In this document: piece by piece, positions 47,057-55,502 of the stretch
How the letters are laid out: the number at the start of each line of letters is the position of its first letter
Position numbering within the stretch: position 1 is the first letter of the stretch
Origin: a virus
Lineage: Duplodnaviria; Caudoviricetes
DNA: 64,000 bases
Virus record (IMG/VR): IMGVR_UViG_3300022723_000184
Span: 96,001-160,000 of that record
Direction: 5' to 3' (one strand)
Translations under genes and position numbers: made by a program
Notes under the pieces: model-generated
Database searches by the model: none
Told to the model about the DNA's origin: nothing
The model's input: only the letters and a program-made list of their open reading frames with translations

Positions 47057-47305
47057 ATGGCTACACACTCTCGCAGTGCCCGTAACTTCCTGGAGCGGAA
47101 CGGGGTTTACTCAACCCGCCGTTCACCGGTCACGCCGCGGCTCGACACCACGAAAGCCGGGCTCCGGGTGAACACCATCCCGTTACAGCAACCGTCGTTG
47201 AACCCAGATCTTTTGCTGGATAACAACGGTGCCCCTCCGACAGATAGGGGGATCACGGACCCCTGGCCTCCGCCGCAGGAGGTGTCTGATGAGTCAGAGG
47301 AATAA
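47057..47305 (+). CDS. Hypothetical protein
   Basis: RBS GGAGG. Confidence 0.45.
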   Translation: MATHSRSARNFLERNGVYSTRRSPVTPRLDTTKAGLRVNTIPLQQPSLNPDLLLDNNGAPPTDRGITDPWPPPQEVSDESEE

Positions 47306-47477
47306 CGGAGCTGACGTCGTATTTCAGTTCTTCCTCTGGATTGTCGTGGGCGGCATGGTTTTTACCTACGTCTGCGACATCTGGTTGCACTGGGTGCCGA
47401 TCGGTCTAGCACTGCTTGTGTCCATGTGGACGGGGCAGTCGATGCAAAAGCAACGATCGGATACCCGAGACCCATAA
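47289..47477 (+). CDS. Small membrane protein
   Basis: RBS GGAGG; two hydrophobic segments. Confidence 0.5.
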   Translation: MSQRNNGADVVFQFFLWIVVGGMVFTYVCDIWLHWVPIGLALLVSMWTGQSMQKQRSDTRDP

Positions 47478-47496
47478 CCGCACCAACCGAAACCTG

Positions 47497-47889
47497 ATGA
47501 CCGCAACCACCGCAACCTTGATAGCCGCTCTGGCCGTGTGGGAGATAGTCGAGATCTGGCACCACTCCCAGCTGTTCGCTGGGCGGCGTGCTTGGCTCGA
47601 AGCGCAGGACAACTGGCTGGCGGACCTATTGCTGTGTCCGTTTTGCCTGTCCGTATGGGTATCGCTCATCGTGCTCCTCACCGTGGGGACGAGCGTTCAC
47701 CTGGAGCAACACTGGCCCCGGTGGCTTTGCGACCTGGTACTTCTCCCGGTACTTGTCTTTGCAGTCGCACGCCTGGCCAACCTCTTCAACGACCTGACTC
47801 GAAAATACTGCAGGACCCCCAAGGACTGGACCCTGGGGGACGACAACGAGCATCAGGCGGAAGAAACCGAGCAAGGTGAAGAGCAGTAA
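47497..47889 (+). CDS. DUF1360-like membrane protein
   Basis: WLADLLLCPFCLSVWV motif. Confidence 0.65.
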   Translation: MTATTATLIAALAVWEIVEIWHHSQLFAGRRAWLEAQDNWLADLLLCPFCLSVWVSLIVLLTVGTSVHLEQHWPRWLCDLVLLPVLVFAVARLANLFNDLTRKYCRTPKDWTLGDDNEHQAEETEQGEEQ

Positions 47890-48098
47890 TCTGACGACGC
47901 CCTCGTGGCGTAGAGCAACGCGGTAAGGGGCCAGGGTTTCCGGGCCCCCTCTCTGCAGGCGGGAAAAAGCGTAAGCGGGGCGAGGCTGGCCCACAGCCGT
48001 TTGAGTCCTGGAGTGGCCACACCACTGGTCCTGGCAAGCCTGCCGTCGGATTTTTCTTTTGGTCGCCTTCATGGGCCTCCGTGCCCGTGGGCCGATCT

Positions 48099-48112
48099 AA
48101 AAAGTACTTTTT
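48099..48112. promoter_or_regulatory. Palindromic motif AAAAAGTACTTTTT
   Basis: Third copy, 12 nt before an ATG. Confidence 0.6.
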
Positions 48113-48124
48113 GAGAGGAGCGTC

Positions 48125-48520
48125 ATGGCCGAAGACCAGATGCCCGAGGAACAAGAGAAACGGCTGCCGTTCGACGAGGAGATCGCGGCCAGGTTCAAGG
48201 ACACGATCCACCGCTGTCTGACCGACTTCCCGGAGCTGCGGTCGGTGATCGTGGCCTTCGACTGGGCGGGCAACCTGAACGATGCCCCGATCAAGGCGGG
48301 CGTCTGGCAGGGCGAGCGGGGAGGCGTCGACAGCGCGGCCGGCATCGTCGGCAGCATCCAGCAGACCATCAAGGTCATGGAGCAGCAGTTCCTGCGACTC
48401 CACAAGCTGGAGCAGGCGATGCGAGAAGAGCTGACCGTCATCGGTCAGGAGCTGGTCAGGAAGAAGGAAGAGCTGGCCAGGCTCAGCGAAGGAAGCAAGA
48501 ACCCCGATGCCGAAGCCTGA
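48125..48520 (+). CDS. Hypothetical coiled-coil protein
   Basis: RBS GAGGAG. Confidence 0.65.
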   Translation: MAEDQMPEEQEKRLPFDEEIAARFKDTIHRCLTDFPELRSVIVAFDWAGNLNDAPIKAGVWQGERGGVDSAAGIVGSIQQTIKVMEQQFLRLHKLEQAMREELTVIGQELVRKKEELARLSEGSKNPDAEA

Positions 48521-49070
48521 GTTTTTTCAAGACGTCCTCGACCGGTTCAAGATCGATGAGTGGGACATGGTTCTGGTCGGGGACGGCAGCGGCTCCAAGT
48601 GGGGCTACCCCGTCGGCTGGGGCGTGACCGCCGTACTCAAGAAGCAGATGGATCGCCGGGTGTTTTACGGGGCTATGAACGATGGCACCGTGAACATCGC
48701 GGAGGTCATGGCCTACCTGCAACCACTGATGTGGTACATGGCGGAGGTCCGCAAACAGCGAAAACAGAAGGGCACCACTGCCCGCAAACACGTTGTCCAC
48801 ATCATCACGGACAGCGAGTACGCCCGGAAGGTGGGCGAAAAAGGTCACCTCGACTTCAACACCAACCAGCCCCTGTGGGCGGTGTTCGAGTTCGTCAAGC
48901 GTCAGGCCATCGAGCTGCACTGGCACTGGGCCGAACGCGAGGAGATCGCCCTCAACATCTACGCCGATGCCTTGAGCAAACGGGCACGGAAGCAGGTGAA
49001 AGAGAACGACCAGGTCCAGAGCCTGGCCGGAGACGGCTATTCGGCCGAGGAGTTCAATCCATGGGAGTAG
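48507..49070 (+). CDS. Second RNase H-like protein
   Basis: LVGDGSG..VNIAE..ITDSEY..NIYADALS (D-E-D-D). Confidence 0.75.
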   Translation: MPKPEFFQDVLDRFKIDEWDMVLVGDGSGSKWGYPVGWGVTAVLKKQMDRRVFYGAMNDGTVNIAEVMAYLQPLMWYMAEVRKQRKQKGTTARKHVVHIITDSEYARKVGEKGHLDFNTNQPLWAVFEFVKRQAIELHWHWAEREEIALNIYADALSKRARKQVKENDQVQSLAGDGYSAEEFNPWE

Positions 49071-49453
49071 AGGAGGCCACCGTCCTCTCCAACCACGAGA
49101 ACCGGCTGAGGCTGATCCTCGACAACTACAAGAACTGGTTCAAGGCAGAGCACGACACCGACGCGATGGTCGTGTTGATGTCCGACGTGTTCATGCGCCT
49201 TGACGCCCTGGATATCGGTGAGCAGGACATCATCGACCAGGCCGACGCCGAGTCGCTGGCCCTGTACGAAGCCCTCAACGCCTTCTACGGAAAGAAAGGT
49301 CAGTTCGCGGCCGCGATCGACAACGACCACGTCCAGCTCGACCTCAAGCAGTCGCAGGTCGGAGATGCGTGCTCTCAAAGAGAAGATGCCGGCCAAGCCG
49401 GTAAAGCCGATGCTTCCAAAGAAGCGTCGCAAGAAGAGGAAAAGGAGTTCTAA
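49061..49453 (+). CDS. Hypothetical acidic protein
   Basis: Overlapping ORF; high GC3. Confidence 0.55.
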   Translation: MGVEEATVLSNHENRLRLILDNYKNWFKAEHDTDAMVVLMSDVFMRLDALDIGEQDIIDQADAESLALYEALNAFYGKKGQFAAAIDNDHVQLDLKQSQVGDACSQREDAGQAGKADASKEASQEEEKEF

Positions 49454-49455
49454 GC

Positions 49456-49674
49456 ATGGCAAACCCTAACCAAGGACATCTCGTTCTCAGTCGCCAGCGC
49501 GACGAGAAAATCATGATCGGAGATGACATCATCGTGCAGGTCGTGGACATCCGGGGCGACAAGGTTCGCATCGGGATCTCGGCGCCGCCCAACGTCTCGA
49601 TCGACCGCGAGGAGGTCTTCCTCGCGAAGAAGCGTGAGCAGGAGGCAAGGGCCGATGTCCGCAGCAACCACTGA
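49456..49674 (+). CDS. csrA: Carbon storage regulator CsrA/RsmA
   Basis: LVLSRQRDEKIMIGDDIIVQVVDIRGDKVRIGISAPPNVSIDREEV. Confidence 0.95.
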   Translation: MANPNQGHLVLSRQRDEKIMIGDDIIVQVVDIRGDKVRIGISAPPNVSIDREEVFLAKKREQEARADVRSNH

Positions 49675-50491
49675 GGTCAAGGACGGCGACCCCCGGGTCC
49701 GGGTCATCCGCGACTCGGGCCCGGAATCGCCACGAGATTGGGACAACCTTGGGACCATGGTCTGCTGGCACCGCAACTACAGTCTGGGCGACTTCGAGAA
49801 GACCGATAAGGGTCGTAGGGCGAAACCGAAGTATGAGACTTCGGCCTACATGTTCCTCGACATCCTGCGGGATGCCGAGGCGAGCCTGGAGGTGTTGCGT
49901 CCGGTCATCTTGCAGCTGATCAAGGACCCGGACAACCGCTGGCGATACAAGCAGTACTGGCTGGATGATGCTCGGGAGGACAAGCAGCAGGCTTGGCTCG
50001 ACTTCATCGACGACCGGATCACGTACGGCTACAACAGCAAAGAGCACCGAGCACTGGCCCAGGCCGCCTCGGAGGTGGCCTACATCCTGCCGCTGTACCT
50101 GTACGACCACAGCGGCATCACGATGAACACCAGCGGTTTTAACGACCGCTGGGACAGCGGGATGGTCGGGTACATCTTCCTCACACACAAGCGGTTCGAC
50201 GAGGAGACCAGCTGGAAGGACGAGACCCTTGAGGCCAAGAAGCAACACGCCGAACGGGTTCTCAAGGGCGAGGTCGAGACCTACGACCAGTATCTCCGCG
50301 GCGACATCTACGGGTTCGTCGCGGAGAAGGCATCGGTCTGCGAGTGTTGCAGTACCGTTGAATGGGAGGAGACCGATTCGTGCTGGGGCTTTTACGGCAC
50401 GGACGAAGACAACGGGATGAAGGACCACCTGAGCCCCGAGTATCATGAGGCTCTGAAGGCGGCTCTGGAGAACCCGGAGTACGGAAGGTAG
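49655..50491 (+). CDS. Hypothetical phage protein
   Basis: RBS GGAGG; PLYLYDHSGIT..WDSGMVGYI..SCWGFYG motif. Confidence 0.7.
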   Translation: MSAATTEVKDGDPRVRVIRDSGPESPRDWDNLGTMVCWHRNYSLGDFEKTDKGRRAKPKYETSAYMFLDILRDAEASLEVLRPVILQLIKDPDNRWRYKQYWLDDAREDKQQAWLDFIDDRITYGYNSKEHRALAQAASEVAYILPLYLYDHSGITMNTSGFNDRWDSGMVGYIFLTHKRFDEETSWKDETLEAKKQHAERVLKGEVETYDQYLRGDIYGFVAEKASVCECCSTVEWEETDSCWGFYGTDEDNGMKDHLSPEYHEALKAALENPEYGR

Positions 50492-50494
50492 CGG

Positions 50495-50845
50495 ATGCTT
50501 TACAGCGTCGACAAAAAGCTGATGACAAAGGTCCCGCACGCGCAGGACTACGAGACGATCCGCGGTCGGATCTCCGACCCGGAGCTGGCTGCCTTGGAAT
50601 CGGCCATCAACATGGCCCTGAACACGGCCGACGTGTTCCGGGCCCGACAACTGACACCCAATCCGATTCAGGGCTCGGTGTACGAGCCGGTCTACAACGC
50701 GGTCGGGCAGCTCGTTGAGCCGTCGTCCAAGTGGATCGGTCTGTTGATCTGGCACGTCCTGATGGAGCGGGACGACAGCTGGATGTTCCAAAACGCGGAC
50801 CCCGACGACCCGGAAGCGGGCAAGGTCTACTGGAGGATGTTCTGA
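50495..50845 (+). CDS. Hypothetical protein
   Basis: RBS GAAGG. Confidence 0.6.
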   Translation: MLYSVDKKLMTKVPHAQDYETIRGRISDPELAALESAINMALNTADVFRARQLTPNPIQGSVYEPVYNAVGQLVEPSSKWIGLLIWHVLMERDDSWMFQNADPDDPEAGKVYWRMF

Positions 50846-51393
50846 TGGGGATCGTGCTCAGCAACAAGTACGGGGGGAACCCTTCGATGAACCTGTGCTA
50901 CTACTGCCAGAAGGAGGTCAGCGACATTCTTCTGATGGGCCGGATGCGGGACGACGCCGAAGCGCCTCGACAGATGACTTACCACATGGACCCCTGCAAC
51001 AAGTGCAGGGAGTTCATGCAGCAGGGGGTCATACTGATCGAGGTCACGAGCGAAGAGGAGATGGTGAAGGTCGAGCAGGAGCAGCGGGAGTGGCAGAACC
51101 AGTATGGTTACCTCCCCGACCGCAAGAAACCGTTCCCCGGCTACTTCATACCGAACCCGACGAGAGCGGGCGGCTGGTGGGTGGTCAAGGACGACCTCAT
51201 CCGCCGCACCATCGGGCGGGAGATGGCCGACTACATCATCAAGCACCGCTGGTGCTTCTTGCCGACGGAAGCGGCCAAGGCCCTAGGCCTGCGAGACGAG
51301 GAAGGAGTCATTACGACGTGTTCAAACGACTCTGGCGAAAATTCACAGGAGCCGTCATCGGAGCCCGGCGAGTCTTCCTCGTCGACCGACTGA
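50845..51393 (+). CDS. Hypothetical zinc-binding protein
   Basis: CYYC and CNKC motifs. Confidence 0.65.
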   Translation: MGIVLSNKYGGNPSMNLCYYCQKEVSDILLMGRMRDDAEAPRQMTYHMDPCNKCREFMQQGVILIEVTSEEEMVKVEQEQREWQNQYGYLPDRKKPFPGYFIPNPTRAGGWWVVKDDLIRRTIGREMADYIIKHRWCFLPTEAAKALGLRDEEGVITTCSNDSGENSQEPSSEPGESSSSTD

Positions 51394-51444
51394 TCGTCGT
51401 TAAAAACAACAAGGTTGTCTACGACGGGCCGTTAGGAGTGCAGG

Positions 51445-52140
51445 ATGCTTTCAGGTATTGAGATCCAGGAGGCGGTGGTCCGCCAGAACGAGTTCGAGAT
51501 CGGAAAGGCCAGGCTCGACAAGGGCATTTGCCCGTTCACCGGCAAGAAGGTCGGTGAGTTCGTGCGCAGCGGTAGGGACCAAAGGCTGGACTTCCAAAAC
51601 CAGGTGAAGAACCGGCCGAGGATCAAGATCGATCCGTTCAACGCCGGCCAGCTGAACCCCAACAGCTACAACGTGCGGCTGGCACCGGAACTCCTGGTGT
51701 ACGACATTCCCCACCACAACCAGACGCTCGGCGGGTTTGAGGCCTACGTCTACCCGCTCGACATGAAGCGGGCCAACCCGACCCGGGAACTGACCATCCC
51801 GCGGAGCGGGCTGATCCTGGAGCCCGGCGTGCTGTACCTGGGCAGCACGATCGAATACACCGAGGCCCACAACGTGGTCCCCCAGCTCAACGGCCGGTCA
51901 AGCACCGGCCGCCTGGGTCTGGATGTCCATGCCACCGCGGGCTTCGGCGACGTGGGGTTCTGTGGGACTTGGACGCTGGAGATGAGCGTGATCCACCCGC
52001 TGCGTATCTACGCCGGCGTGGAGATCGCTCAGCTGGCCTACTTCGAGATCAGTCTCAGACACGAGACGTACAGGTCGAACAAGTACCAGGGCCAGCGAGA
52101 GACCCGCGCCAGCGGGATGCACAAGGACTTTGGTGGCTAA
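51445..52140 (+). CDS. dcd: dCTP deaminase
   Basis: NPNSYNVRL; GRSSTGRLG; AGFGDVGFCGTWTLE; IAQLAYF. Confidence 0.93.
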   Translation: MLSGIEIQEAVVRQNEFEIGKARLDKGICPFTGKKVGEFVRSGRDQRLDFQNQVKNRPRIKIDPFNAGQLNPNSYNVRLAPELLVYDIPHHNQTLGGFEAYVYPLDMKRANPTRELTIPRSGLILEPGVLYLGSTIEYTEAHNVVPQLNGRSSTGRLGLDVHATAGFGDVGFCGTWTLEMSVIHPLRIYAGVEIAQLAYFEISLRHETYRSNKYQGQRETRASGMHKDFGG

Positions 52141-52475
52141 TGGCTCACTTCTATGGCACCGTCGATGGGCGGAGCCGGACGGAAGGGACCAGATGCGGGA
52201 CCCGGTCATCGGGTCTCCGGACGGTGGCCGCCAGCTGGGCGGGCGCCGTACAGGTCAACCTTTACATCGACGAGAACGGGGCCGATTGCTGCGAGATCCG
52301 CTTCATCCGCTGGGAAGGTTGCGGAACCGACAAGCTGGTCTACGACGGTCCGATCGACCCTGGTGATCAGATCTCCGACCTCCTCGACCAGATCAAGGAG
52401 GAGCGGACGCTGCATCACGAAGACATCAACAAGCCGGGTCCCCGGCGTAAGGTACGGAGAGGAGCGATCACATGA
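52140..52475 (+). CDS. Hypothetical protein
   Basis: TAATG coupling. Confidence 0.6.
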   Translation: MAHFYGTVDGRSRTEGTRCGTRSSGLRTVAASWAGAVQVNLYIDENGADCCEIRFIRWEGCGTDKLVYDGPIDPGDQISDLLDQIKEERTLHHEDINKPGPRRKVRRGAIT

Positions 52476-52915
52476 GCGAGGACCACAACTGGAAAGTGTT
52501 GGAAGACGCGATCGACATTGCGGCGACCGGCCACCAGAAACAGATAAGGGCCGACGGTCGACCCTACATCGTCCATCCCGTAAGGATGGCGATGCGCCTG
52601 CTGCAGAAACACGGGCCGCTGCTGGCCGCGGTGGCCATGCTCCACGACGTCGTGGAGGACACCGACTACACGCTCGACGACCTGGCCGGGCTGTTCCCGC
52701 AGCACGTGGTTAAGGCGGTCGACAACCTGACGCGGCGTGACGGCGAGACATACGATGACTTCGTCGAGCGGTGCGGGGCCAACCCCTGGTCCCGCCTAGT
52801 GAAAATGCACGACCTGCGAGACAACATGCGGGACGTGGACGAGTTCAAGCCGTCGCTCCGCAAGCGATACGACAAGGCCCTCGGCCGCCTGGAGGAGATC
52901 GATGCCCAAACATAA
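52472..52915 (+). CDS. HD-domain (p)ppGpp hydrolase-like protein (Mesh1/SpoT HD)
   Basis: AATGHQKQIRADGRPYIVHP; MLHDVVEDT; VKMHDLRDN. Confidence 0.88.
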   Translation: MSEDHNWKVLEDAIDIAATGHQKQIRADGRPYIVHPVRMAMRLLQKHGPLLAAVAMLHDVVEDTDYTLDDLAGLFPQHVVKAVDNLTRRDGETYDDFVERCGANPWSRLVKMHDLRDNMRDVDEFKPSLRKRYDKALGRLEEIDAQT

Positions 52916-53315
52916 GCCCGGGATCAACCCGGCCACCCTGCGGCCCTCCAAGACGGCGGCCGGCAACTTGCTGTGCCTGACGATCTCCAGGATGGTCATC
53001 GGGAACAAGGACCAGTTCGTGCGGCGAGTGCAGTTGTCGCTGTTCGACGAGAAGACCGAGTTGTCCGTAGGCTTCGCCATGTTCCCGGAGGACCAGTTCA
53101 TCGACGCCCTGGGACACCTGTTCCCTCGGGGCGAGTTGGACGGCGCCAACCTGGAAGACGGGCCGGAGGACGTCGAACAGCTCAACAAAGAGCTGGACGG
53201 CCTCAACGACCTGATCGATGGCAACGCCTTCAACAAGGACTCTGAGAGATACCGGGCCATGGCCCGGCAGGCCGAAATCCGCGAGATCCTGGCCGAACTA
53301 AGAGAAAACACATGA
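52902..53315 (+). CDS. Hypothetical protein
   Basis: RBS GGAGG. Confidence 0.6.
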   Translation: MPKHKPGINPATLRPSKTAAGNLLCLTISRMVIGNKDQFVRRVQLSLFDEKTELSVGFAMFPEDQFIDALGHLFPRGELDGANLEDGPEDVEQLNKELDGLNDLIDGNAFNKDSERYRAMARQAEIREILAELRENT

Positions 53316-53339
53316 GCCATTTTGTGGCTTTGGTGTTCA

Positions 53340-53550
53340 CAGACCGTGAGCCCGACCAGCACAGGTTGCAGGAAAGCCGGTCGAGTTGGAGTTCGACGGC
53401 CACGGCGGCCCCGGGTCGGCCCTCGGGGGCTGGCGGATCCTGACCGAGGTCCTCTGATGACCCTGTTCTCGGAGCGGGCCACCCGAAGGGCCTACTGGGC
53501 CCTGGGTGGTCCGGAGAACAACCGCTGCTGGCGGCCGAGTCGCCAACAGG
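53340..53550 (+). ncRNA. Candidate structured leader RNA upstream of cas12m
   Basis: GC-rich non-coding stretch with nested stems TGTTCTC/GAGAACA, GGCCACCC/GGGTGGTC, AGGGCC/GGCCCT. Confidence 0.4.
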
Positions 53551-53575
53551 CTGCTCATCGACAAGAGGATGAGAC
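53551..53575 (+). repeat. Degenerate solitary repeat H in the cas12m 5' UTR
   Basis: CTGCTCATCG-ACAAGAG-GATGAGAC: first 10 and last 8 nt identical to the repeat 3' part; exactly 20 nt before the ATG. Confidence 0.88.
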
Positions 53576-53595
53576 AAAAAAAAAAGGAATAGCGC

Positions 53596-55365
53596 ATGGG
53601 ATTCAATAAGGACCCAGAGGCCCGCTGTGTGGTTTACCAGTACGGCGGCAAACATCCGACGGAAAACGAAGACGAAGCGATCAACCAGCTCGCCAAGGCG
53701 AACCGTTTTCGGAACCGGCTCGTTGAGTTGGAGCTACAACGACGTGAAGAATACCACGCTGCGTTCTCGGGTTACGGAGACCTGGCGGAGCCGTCAAATC
53801 AGCTTGAGACGCTCAACGAGCAGCTGACCGCTGCGGTGGCAGAACTTAAGGCGTGGAGACAATTGAACGGCACTCGAAGTCAACACCCGACGCTAACCCC
53901 GCAGATCGTTTCGCTACGGGCTCAGGCTCGCCAGCTACGGACACAGATCAAGTCGATCAAGGAAGCGGCCAAAGGCGATCCTACGGTGCAGGCGGCAATC
54001 GAAAAAGCAAACCAGCAGCACCGAGATCAGACCAAAGCTGCGTACGGCGCTGTAAGAGAATCGAACCCGGAGGCCGAGGACGCCAGAGACCGGCATGGGT
54101 TGTTCTGGGGAACGGCCCTCCTAGTTCAAAGGGCAGCGACACAGTTCCAGAAGGGCCCTCCCCCGAGGTACAAACGTTTCGACGGGACGGGAACTATCGG
54201 CGTGCAGCTGCAGAACGGGATGTCTGTGGAGGATCTGTTCACTCCGGGCGGCAGCGTCTGGATTGACCCCGTTCCTCCGGAGGCCTGGGACCCGCAGACG
54301 CCGAGAGGTCAAAGGCGAAAACTCGCAAGAACGATGCTACACATGCGGATCGGCGGGAAGCCGCAGGCCTGGGTGATTCTAAAGCTACCTGTCACCGTGC
54401 ACAGACCGCTGCCTGCAGGAAAACTTATCAAGTGGGTCACGGTCACTCGGCGTAAGTACGGTTCACAGGCGCGGTGGTATGTAAACGTCACGACGGATAT
54501 CAGGTCTGGTGGCACGCTTCACGATGATGTTGCGGCTGCCGGATTTGTGGGTGTCGACCTGGGTTTCAGGTTGTTCAAGCCCGCAGAAAGCAGCTCAGGC
54601 AAGCGATCGCTCCGAGTGGCTGTATGGGCCGGAGATGACGGGGAGACAGGCGAACTTCGCCTCGACGCGAGGTTTATGTCCTACATCTCAAAGGCCGACG
54701 GTTTGAGGTCGATCCGGGACAAGCGGCTTGATCAGATCAGAGCGGCGCTGCTTCCGTTGTGTGACGAGGCGGGTACGCCGGAGTGGTGGAAAGACGACAC
54801 TCAACACATGGCCAAATGGAGGTCTCCTCGAAAGCTGTATCACTTGCTCCACAAGTGGAAAGACAACAGGTGGGATGGCGACAAAACGCTGTTCGATCTG
54901 TTGGTTAAGTGGGTAGTTCAGGACCGTCACCTCCACGTGTGGGAAGCCAACAATCGCCGAAAAGTAGCGGCTCGTCGCCTGGACATGTACCGGAACCTGG
55001 CGGCCTCTTTGAGGCGCAAGTACGCGGTTATCGGGATCGAAGACATCGATTGGCGGATCTGGAGCAAGTTGGCCCTGCCCGAAGAAGAGGAGACCAAGTC
55101 AAAGAAGTTCCGTGTTCAAAAGAAACATGCGGCGGTCGGTCTGCTTGCAGAGACGCTGTCGAATTGCGGGGCACAGGTTGTACGTTTGGATCCCGCTTAC
55201 ACGACGAAGCGGTGCAACGCCTGCGGCAAGATCACCGAATTTGACGCTGACCGGCACCTGCGACATACGTGCGAACATTGCCATGCGGAGTGGGACCAAG
55301 ACTACAATGCGGCAAAGAACCTGCAAGACATGGCGAGCGGCAACGCCGTAACGCAAACCGCGTAG
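53596..55365 (+). CDS. cas12m: Type V-M CRISPR effector Cas12m-like (589 aa)
   Basis: LFWGT, RYKRFDGTGTIGVQLQ, VHRPLP, KWRSPRKL, EANNRRK motifs as in Cas12m; RuvC D321/E482/D569; CNAC..CEHC zinc finger; adjacent array. Confidence 0.88.
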   Translation: MGFNKDPEARCVVYQYGGKHPTENEDEAINQLAKANRFRNRLVELELQRREEYHAAFSGYGDLAEPSNQLETLNEQLTAAVAELKAWRQLNGTRSQHPTLTPQIVSLRAQARQLRTQIKSIKEAAKGDPTVQAAIEKANQQHRDQTKAAYGAVRESNPEAEDARDRHGLFWGTALLVQRAATQFQKGPPPRYKRFDGTGTIGVQLQNGMSVEDLFTPGGSVWIDPVPPEAWDPQTPRGQRRKLARTMLHMRIGGKPQAWVILKLPVTVHRPLPAGKLIKWVTVTRRKYGSQARWYVNVTTDIRSGGTLHDDVAAAGFVGVDLGFRLFKPAESSSGKRSLRVAVWAGDDGETGELRLDARFMSYISKADGLRSIRDKRLDQIRAALLPLCDEAGTPEWWKDDTQHMAKWRSPRKLYHLLHKWKDNRWDGDKTLFDLLVKWVVQDRHLHVWEANNRRKVAARRLDMYRNLAASLRRKYAVIGIEDIDWRIWSKLALPEEEETKSKKFRVQKKHAAVGLLAETLSNCGAQVVRLDPAYTTKRCNACGKITEFDADRHLRHTCEHCHAEWDQDYNAAKNLQDMASGNAVTQTA

Positions 55366-55439
55366 CCGATCGATCTGTAGTGTGTACAAGTAGTTGTGGC
55401 GGCTACGGAGGGCCGCTGCACTTCTGTCAAGGGTGCCGA

Positions 55440-55502
55440 CGATCGAACCGCTCGAAAACGGCCTGATAACCATGTACGCACGTGTAGGTTATAATGCCGC
55501 GG
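55440..55502 (+). promoter_or_regulatory. CRISPR leader with -10 box TATAAT (55490-55495)
   Basis: TATAAT 7 nt before repeat 1; same end motif at solitary repeats C and G. Confidence 0.7.

Noticed and set aside
47900-48023. Canonical tRNA or tmRNA
   Set aside because: Acceptor stem and anticodon arm cannot be built; kept only as a generic structured-RNA candidate
51449-51463. - strand ATCTCAATACCTG resembling the repeat 5' end
   Set aside because: No stem or AC tail; it is simply the dcd start (MLSGIEI)
53454-53490. Hammerhead ribozyme (CTGATGA core)
   Set aside because: No GAAA after the stem II position
53596-55365. IS605/IS607 TnpB transposon
   Set aside because: No TnpA, protein too long, has Cas12m-specific motifs and an adjacent array
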